This document shows, one piece after another, positions 55,335-64,000 of a stretch of 64,000 nucleotides of DNA. Origin of the DNA: Octopus vulgaris. Lineage: Eukaryota. Below the pieces are notes generated by a model. That model was not told the origin of the DNA, made no database searches, and saw only the letters and a list, made by a program, of their open reading frames with translations. Numbering within the stretch: position 1 is the first letter of the stretch; the number at the start of each line of letters is the position of its first letter. The position numbers and the translations under genes were made by a program. Location of the stretch: NCBI GenBank assembly GCA_951406725.2, contig OX597832.1:68262001-68326000 (forward strand), written 5' to 3'.

Positions 55335-55551
55335 CAGTTAGGGCTAAACACAAAGGAGACAAACAAGGACAGACAAAGGGATTAAGTCGATTATATCGAC
55401 CCCAGTGCGTAACTGGTACTTATTTAATCAACCCCGAAAGGATGGAATGCAAAGTCGGCCTCGGCGGAATTTGAACTCAGAACGTAACGGCAGATGAATT
55501 ACTGCTAGGCATTTCGCCCGGCGTGCTAACGATTCTGCCAGCTCACCGCCC
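55335..55551 (-). mobile_element. SINE family A, full length
   Basis: Monomeric version of the unit repeated at 5274-5841. Confidence 0.85.
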
Positions 55552-55574
55552 TACCTACCTACCTACCTACCTAT

Positions 55575-55617
<43 letters not shown>

Positions 55618-55706
55618 AGAAATTAACTGCGTAAAAGTCAATGCAAAGAGTACTCCATCCAATGAGAGTTCAATATTACTAAATGTTTCAGCTACATGTA
55701 CTTATT

Positions 55707-55750
55707 GCTCTACTAATAGTTTCCCGTACATGCGTATGTTCATCAGGCGC
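55707..55750 (-). ncRNA. Hammerhead-like motif with partly decayed stems
   Basis: gcgc-CTGATGA-acatac-gcat-gtacgg-GAAA-ctattag-TA-gagc. Confidence 0.5.
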
Positions 55751-56250
55751 CAGTCGCCTGATAATACGCACTGATAATACTTGGAAATGGATGCCTGGCG
55801 TTCGACCAGATAATAATATAAATAATAAATATATGCATATATGCATTCATATATGTACATACCTACATATATATGTATATATACAGTCACGTCTTGTCCC
55901 TACTTTCGAAACGCGGAGTAGATAAAACAGGGGACAACTGACGAAGGGAATATTTTTATGATGCCTGCCTCGTTTCTGTATTTCTTTCTTTCGTTGTTCA
56001 AAAAAGGTTCATTTTCTATGTTTTTGTTTTTTATGTTCTCGTTTCTCATTTTGTCTATGTTTTTTTTAATATCCTGTACCCATATATGCATGTATATATA
56101 CATATATATGTAGCTCTGTACATATATGTATGTATATATACATATATATATAATGGGAAGCTTTATGAAAATAGACAAAAGACGAAGGCAGGTGGAAAAC
56201 AAACAAACAATTGTATTAGTATGGCGCTCAGGAAATATAAATAAAACAAG

Positions 56251-56288
56251 TCTTTAACGTTTCGAGCCTACGCTCTTCAACAGAAAGA
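56251..56288 (-). ncRNA. Minimal type I hammerhead-like motif, CUGUUGA core, all stems intact
   Basis: tcttt-CTGTTGA-a-gagc-gtag-gctc-GAAA-cg-TT-aaaga. Confidence 0.75.
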
Positions 56289-58579
56289 TACACAGAGAGA
56301 AAAAAACACAGAAAGAAGGAGAGAAAAAAATGCGTGCAGTAACTAACACACACACACATACAAACACACACAATTACGACGATGATTGAAAGTAGACGAT
56401 AAAGGAATGTGTGAACACGAATTAGAGGACTAAAACAAGAAAGATAAGAAAAGTTAATTATTTATTAGATTAGTAAGATGTAGAGAAAGATTATTCGCTG
56501 CTCATCCGGAAACATGAAACAAAATATGACAAAATATTTCACTTCCGCTTGCTGAGATTTAAATTAATGGGTAAATTAAGAACGAATATTAATTTTACTT
56601 GATTATACAAAAATTTCCGAATTCGTTTTGATGGCGTTTGTAACCATTTTGAAAGGGATAAAGTTGAGTTGTGATACTAATGCCTTTTCTACGAGTATTA
56701 ATGTACCAATAATGTGCATAAGCTTTCCATTAGCGGTCTGATACCAAAATGAGAAACCAATTTTGAAAGGCAACCAGTTGGTAGAACAGTTACTCCACCA
56801 GACAAAATGTTTAGCAGCGTTTCCTCTGGCTATTTATGTTCTGAATTCAAATTCTGCTGAGGGCGACTTTACCTTTTATTCTTTCGGAGTCGATAAAAAA
56901 AATTACTTGGTGAAAAGTATGGTCGATGTAATCGAATAACCTCTCTCTCTACCTTGTGTCAAAATCTGAAGCAAGTTCATTCGACCAAACAAAAATTTCG
57001 GCCTTTCTTTAAACGGCAAATGGCGTCGGTTGCTGCTGTAAGAGAGATAAAGTCGATTTCGTAATGTAGATGCCTTTTCTATGAGAATTAATGTTCGAAT
57101 AACGCGGATAAGCTTTCCATTGTCGGCCAATAGAATGTGACGAATATAAATATAAATTTGTCGGACGAAAATCGGAATAAGTGACGTTTAAATTTTTCCA
57201 AGGGCATCTGCTGCGATCCAAACTAAATCTGATTTCTCTGGGAATCGCCTGACATCAACATATTCACTTCTTGTCTCAATATCATCATTCTGATTTAACA
57301 ATCATCTTCCAATTTGGCATGAGTTGAACAGTTTGCCAGAATCTGACGGATCCAAAACCTGCATCGCGCTCTCCTCTGTCTGTTTTGGCATGATTTCCAC
57401 AACTGGATAGCCCATCTAACGCCAACCACTTTACAGAATACACTGGGTGTTTTCTCCATACCACCAGCACTAGTGAAGTTGCCATGTATCTTGTAAGACC
57501 CCAAAATTCAAATGAGGGTGGGAGGAGAGCAACTTTGTGAGTATAAAGTATGGGAAGTGAGAAGGAGGGTGGGGTAAGCAAGTTTTTGACAAAGAGCTAC
57601 TTGGTTACTCACCTTTAGGAGAAGATAGAGAAAGCTCATAAGGAGCTGCAAATCGAAGTGGTTTCTCGGGGAGTGAAGCGAGTACTAGTGTGTTAGGACA
57701 GCGGGACAAGGTCAGTCGATCGGTAGAGATTTGTAGGTGTGTATGAGGGGGGGGCAGAAAATGGTGGGAGTTGAAAGATTGGCAACAGCTACAAAAATGG
57801 GAAGGATAAGAGGGAAGATATAAGGAATGAGGGGTGACCGATGATGGGAGTGTTGAGGAAGTTACAGGGGTGTAGAAGTTAAATAACACATAAACCACAC
57901 TAATATCGAAAGTCTTGGAATGATAGCAAAATTCATTAGTGCAGTCTGGACTATTGTTTAAGCGATACACATAGAATCGGAAATCAAAAGTCCGTGGTAG
58001 ACAGATAAGCCAAAACCCCACGATTTTGTAGAATTCAGCAGATGGTGGTAGCGGCGGGAGTGATTGTACATACAAAGACTTGGGTTAGGTTTGACTAGCA
58101 GCCTGAGTTAAAACAAGAGAAAGATTTAGAGACAAACAAATAAAAGAGCAACGGAAGCATCAGATTTGGTATGTCATTGTGCGTCCATAGTAGTTGCTTG
58201 AGAACTGTACATGTTCATGGTTAGAGTTATTTACATTAATGGGAGGGATTATCATTAAGTGAGTCTTATAATCGATGCAATGTTCAAACTGTAGAGCTTC
58301 TTAAAGATAAGATTGGAAGGAAAAGAATAAAACAAAAAATGATTTTGAAACCTGAAAATATATGATGAATATACTTTACTTGTGAATAAGAAGTTACAAT
58401 ATACGCGATATATCTCTAATATTCATTTATTTCTTATAGTTGTAAGGATTCTACTGAAGAAGACGAAATCATAAATGAATCTCCGGCAGAAATAAGGCGG
58501 TGCATCTAATTCAAGAATGCTTACTATTTCTAGAAAAGAAGGATAAATATTTATGAACTCGCACACACACACACACACA

Positions 58580-59890
58580 CAGTGCCGTACAAATGTCTTC
58601 GGCCACATTAAACTATTGCAAATTTCTACTAATTGCCAACTTATAGGTGGATATTTCGCATTACTTTTTTTACAGATGAAACATTCGCCCTGTTAGAGTC
58701 TTTTCCATACCTAATCGTTTTATTTTGTAGTAGGGATTCTGAATGAGAGGGAAAGACGCGAGATGACCACCAAAAATGGTCGTGCAAAAGTTTCGGCACC
58801 TCACATAAACCCATCGCGGTACAGTGTTTTCAAACGGAAAAATGTCTATAATGAAAGTTTATCACATAATATTCATTTCAGTAGCTTCCCTTAGGTTGAA
58901 TAATTGCGTCAATGCCCCTGAGAAGAAATGCGTACGAACCCTTCACCATCTTCACAGATATGAGATGCCATTCTCTGTGGATGAGCTCCCACAACTCGTC
59001 ACCGTTGCGGCGTGGATTCTTCTGACGAACTCTTCTCTTTAGTTCTGTCCACATTTCCTCGAGGATATTTAAGTCAACGCTCTGAATTGGACACCCCTTC
59101 ATCAGCCAGACTCTGTTAGGTTGCCCGCGATTTGTGGCATGGAGCTCCGTCATGCTGAAAAATCTCACCTACATTCAAGTCTGCTATCAAATTGTTCTTC
59201 AGCAACAGGATGTATTTGGCACTATTCAAATTACCATCAATTTTAACCAACTTTCTTGAACCATCATTCTTTATGTATCCCCAAAGCATCAGACTCCTAC
59301 TCCCAAACCTCACTGTTTTCGTCGTGTAACGTGGGTCGTTTCACTTTCTAATAAAAGAAGATTTGTCAGAAGGCCTTCAGGAAAGCAAAGCGACCCACGT
59401 CACACTTAAAAGAAGAGTTCGTCAGAAGAACCCACACAACGGTGAAGAGTTGTGGCAGCTCAGCCACAGAGAATGGTATCTCATATCTGTGAAAATGGTG
59501 AAGGATTTGTACACATCTGTTTCCAGGTGCATTGAAGCAATTATTCAATTAAGGAAAGCCATACGAAATATTAACAATGTATGGTAACTTCTTGAAATGA
59601 ACATTATGTAATAAATTTTCATTATAGACATTTTTCTGTTTTAAAACACTATATATTGATGGCTCTATGTGAGGTGGGCAAAAACCTTTGTACGGCTATT
59701 TTGTTGGTCGTCTCGCATCTCTCCTTCTCATTCAGAACCCCTACAAGAAAACGTAATGATTAGGTATGGAAATGACTTCAGGGCCAATGTTTCGTCTAAA
59801 AAAAAACAATACGAAACATCCACTTGTAAGTTGGTAATTAATAGAAATTTACAATAGTTTAAACTGGGTGCTGACTTTTGCACAGTAGTG
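58580..59890 (-). mobile_element. Tc1-like transposon derivative made of two inverted 3' ends
   Basis: Arms 58580-59041 and 59407-59890; transposase remnants LMLWGYI...IFQHDGAPCHKS and QSVDLNILEEMWTELKRRV. Confidence 0.85.
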
Positions 59891-59895
59891 TACAG

Positions 59896-59930
<35 letters not shown>

Positions 59931-61205
59931 CACATATAGATGGATGCATATGTGCATGTATGTGTATATGTGTGTTTGTGTGTATCTGTGTGGGGTGTGT
60001 AAGGTAAAACGAGAAAAAAAAGCGTTGTATCTGCTAATGGAATGCAACGTTAGACATTTCAGGTTCGACAAATATATTTGTATGCCAAACGTAGTAAGCC
60101 ACACAAAACAAGAATAAATATCCGTTTTGTTCATCGTAGATGAGGTGTTTTATACAAAGATACAATTCTCCTTACATGACTTTCTGTTTCTCAAAGAATT
60201 ATTTTAATTTTGAAATCCAGTGAATCAGATTAAAAGCGAAGAATATCTTTGACAATATCAAAGTCAACTGATTCCACTCAAGCAATGTTCCAGAGTACGC
60301 GACTAAAGCATTATCGTGATGTATATACACCTTGAACAGGATAGTTACAGCAGTTTTCATCTGAAATAGCACCTTTTTATGACACACAGTGCTTAGAAAC
60401 ACACATCATATCAGTGGGAGATCAAACTTCGTCTTCTATCGGAGGCTACATGTCTCATATAGGCATGTGGCTAGCTGTAAATAAACATCATTTACAAAGC
60501 CCAACAAATCCGAAATGCATTTGGCGTTCTTGCTAGCTTTTACCGAGAAGAGCTTTTTGTCTTTCTTCGAAATATATTGCGTCTTTAAACAAATAACGTC
60601 CACAAGATATTTCATCTCGGGCAAAAACCGTAGTAACTTTCCTATCAAATGTGCTTATACATTCGGAACGGTACTACTTCTATTGCGTATACTCAGGTTT
60701 CTAATAATATTTACATTAACAAGTAATCTATTACTTTATAATTTGGCTACGATATGGTATCAACCACACTCAAAACGAAATATAAAAAGTTTGTATTTAT
60801 AATGAAGTAAGTCTGTGAGAGCAGATTCATTACTTAATATTTTAATATTTTTAGACATCATATAACAATATCTTTTTTTTTTATTTACATTGTAAAAGTT
60901 TGTTTCGCCTGTTTCTCCTAAACAAGTGTTTTCACTTTTAAATAATACACCATTTCGTATTCAGAAGTTACTGTTTACAAATATATTCCTTTTTAAATAA
61001 TGTATATGAAGGTTAACGATAAAATATATTACTGTAAGGGCAAAATGTATCACATTACCACAAATACAACATAGATTCGATTCCTTTTTATGCATACATA
61101 TATGTGTGTGTGTGTGCGTGTGCGTGTGTGAGTGAGTATACATATATATGTATATATACATACATACATATATATATGTATGTATGTATGTATACATATA
61201 TATGA

Positions 61206-61237
<32 letters not shown>

Positions 61238-62275
61238 CTTCATTTCCTTTAAGAAATAAATACTGGAAGAACTAATTTATATACATTTATGTTAATGGAG
61301 CGAAGGTTACTTTTAAAGCTATCAGTTTGAATTATTTTTCACGTCGTATATTGTTCTTGCGAAAGAAAATATTTCTCATAAATTCGATACTTCAAATTTG
61401 CTTTTAAAAAAGAGTATATTATATTTTCTGAAAACGTTTCTTCATATTCAACTTTTTCTTTATATTAGCTGGAAAAAGTTATTCCAAAAGTAAAATAAAA
61501 CCCTTTTGGGAAAGAAGGAATACTTGGTCTCAGATAATGTATGATCGTAGTTTAAAAGTTTCAAAGTTCTACATATGCTTAATAAAAATTTATAACGAGA
61601 CGCAAGTATAATATATTTTCTTAAGAACTAGAGGGACTTATAATTCATGCTTCCAAATAAGAAATACAAATGTCTTACGCTCAAAAAAAAAAAAAGTTAT
61701 AACAAATATATAATATCGTTGCAGAATATTCCAGAACGTGAATTAACAAACAAAATATATGCAAACACTTGTTAGAAATTCTTGAGTTGCACGTACTGGG
61801 CCGGCGATTTTGCCAGTAGGTTTGTATTAGAGTTACGGTAATTTTAGCAGATAAAACTCAGCGTAGTCAAGACAGAAAATTCAGTACAAAATATATGGCA
61901 AATTATATATAAAGAAAGGACTTGAAAGCAGAGAAGTAAGAAAAGAGAAAGATGAAGTAAAATGTAGAGGAATTTAGTCAAAGAAAATCTACAGACAAGT
62001 TACTAGATCGAGCTATAAAACGGTAAAACAAAAACGGCACCACAAGACTATAAACAATGGTCGTTGATTGACTTTAACACTTAGTGTACTAGTGATAGAT
62101 TCAGACGATCATATATTTATACATATATATACAAATGTTCGTTTTTCTTTTAAAATTTAGTAGAAGCTAAATATTTATGTTTCTGCTAAATATTAATAAA
62201 AATATACATGTACTCATATTTTAAGTTTTATTCTTCCTACTTGCATAATATTTCTGTTCATATGTGTGTGTGTGT

Positions 62276-62375
<100 letters not shown>

Positions 62376-62506
62376 ATGTATATATATATATATATATATT
62401 TATGATTAAAATGGTAAGACAACAAAAGAATGAAAGAGACCTCGATATTATGTAAATAGAGGAATTTATCTGTAAATGTGATATGTAACAATTATTCAGT
62501 AGCTAT

Positions 62507-62567
62507 GATAAAACTCCGAGTTTCGGATGCCGAGGTGGAAATCCACGCCGCTATCTCTTCAGTTATC
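62507..62567 (-). ncRNA. Type I hammerhead-like motif with extended stem II
   Basis: gataa-CTGAAGA-gatagcggcgtggatttccacctcggcatcc-GAAA-ctcggag-TT-ttatc; stem I gataa/ttatc is perfect. Confidence 0.7.
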
Positions 62568-62957
62568 CGGCCATCGGGAAAATGCTATGAAAAATGACCA
62601 TTATACATATATTTATGTATATTTATATTCCCTAATATTATCCTAATATTATATATTACCTATTGTATTTATTTGTGTGTGTACATGTATACATATGTAT
62701 ACATATATACAAAATATAGGTTTTAGTTTACAGGTGATCTAAACGACTAGGTACGCTAGGTAAGTGCTGTAACGCATTATTTGAGCCCCAAGATTATAGC
62801 AGCGACGGTAATTATGGAGATATCCCAGAAACAGCTGTAAAACTCGGAATTTTTTCTTTTTCCAATAATAATAATGTATATGATTTGAGATGTTTGCCTT
62901 GCCTTAACGTTTGTTGTCGACTTTAATAATTATGTATACATATATATACACATGTAC

Positions 62958-63041
<84 letters not shown>

Positions 63042-63114
63042 GCGCATGAGTATGTATGGATGAATGTTTATGAAGGTAAACAAACAAAAATATCATTCAA
63101 TGCAACTTGTTGTA

Positions 63115-63161
63115 AACCTAATGTTTCGTAGACGCAGATGCGTCTCTACATCTTCAGACCT
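63115..63161 (-). ncRNA. Possible hammerhead remnant
   Basis: CTGAAGA-t-gtagagacgca-tc-tgcgtctac-GAAA-cat-TA; strong stem II but no stem I pairing. Confidence 0.35.
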
Positions 63162-63366
63162 TCTGCCTCAGTCTATCGCCTAGGAAAATGCAAGACTTTT
63201 GAGCTTAGTTACTCTATTATGAAATAAATTTATTCCGAACTGGAAAACAAATATTATTCCTTACGATACGATATTTGCAATACATTTTACGTCATTTTAT
63301 GCGTCTAAAACACCCAGTCATATACTCTGAGTAAATGCATTTTCTTATCAAAATTATTAAATATAG

Positions 63367-63411
<45 letters not shown>

Positions 63412-63612
63412 AAAAAGGAGATGTGGAACACGAGTTGTGATATATAAAAAAGGAAATGAAGAAAATGCTGACAAAATAATTTAAGTAATTTAATTAGGTG
63501 AAAGTTCTTTTTACCGGTTGCGCATTTGTTATGCTTATCAAAAGAAATTTTTTTAAGAGCGATAGAGTTTCTTTCTGATAGATTTTTTCCTCTTATCTGA
63601 TAAGAGGAAACA

Positions 63613-63708
<96 letters not shown>

Positions 63709-63719
63709 ATATATATATA

Positions 63720-63796
<77 letters not shown>

Positions 63797-63805
63797 TTTA
63801 TTATA

Positions 63806-63839
<34 letters not shown>

Positions 63840-63841
63840 AC

Positions 63842-63908
<67 letters not shown>

Positions 63909-63922
63909 TTTATATATATATA

Positions 63923-63966
<44 letters not shown>

Positions 63967-63990
63967 TATATACTTTATATATATATACGT
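63613..63990. repeat. Long interrupted (TA)n microsatellite
   Basis: Read directly; one of dozens of (TA)n, (CA)n, (TACA)n, (TAGA)n and (ATT)n tracts in the window. Confidence 0.95.
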
Positions 63991-64000
63991 ATGTATGTGT

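Noticed and set aside
55890-55955. GAAACGCG...CTGACGA as a permuted hammerhead
   Set aside because: Local pairing gives a simple hairpin, and no cleavage triplet is correctly placed.

Overview
AT-rich, microsatellite-dense eukaryotic DNA with no convincing host protein-coding gene; it is intronic or intergenic. The SINE repertoire and (TA)n/(CA)n/(TAGA)n density resemble a cephalopod (Octopus-like) genome, which is an inference. The only long coding sequence is a young, 5'-truncated CR1-group LINE (46.7-49.9 kb, minus strand) whose APE-RT ORF2 carries one nonsense change and one homopolymer frameshift. The rest is three tRNA-derived SINE families, non-autonomous Helitrons (one a head-to-tail dimer), a Helentron-like element, Tc1/mariner remnants, decayed RTE, R4-like and Gypsy fragments, and a 1.3-kb inverted duplication. 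The most interesting signal is a set of minimal type I hammerhead-ribozyme-like motifs from about six unrelated sequence families between 41.7 and 63.2 kb. Several sit in fold-back or circularly permuted units resembling Penelope pLTRs or retrozymes, and two families have a CUGUUGA core. All alignments and folds were read by eye; no activity was tested.
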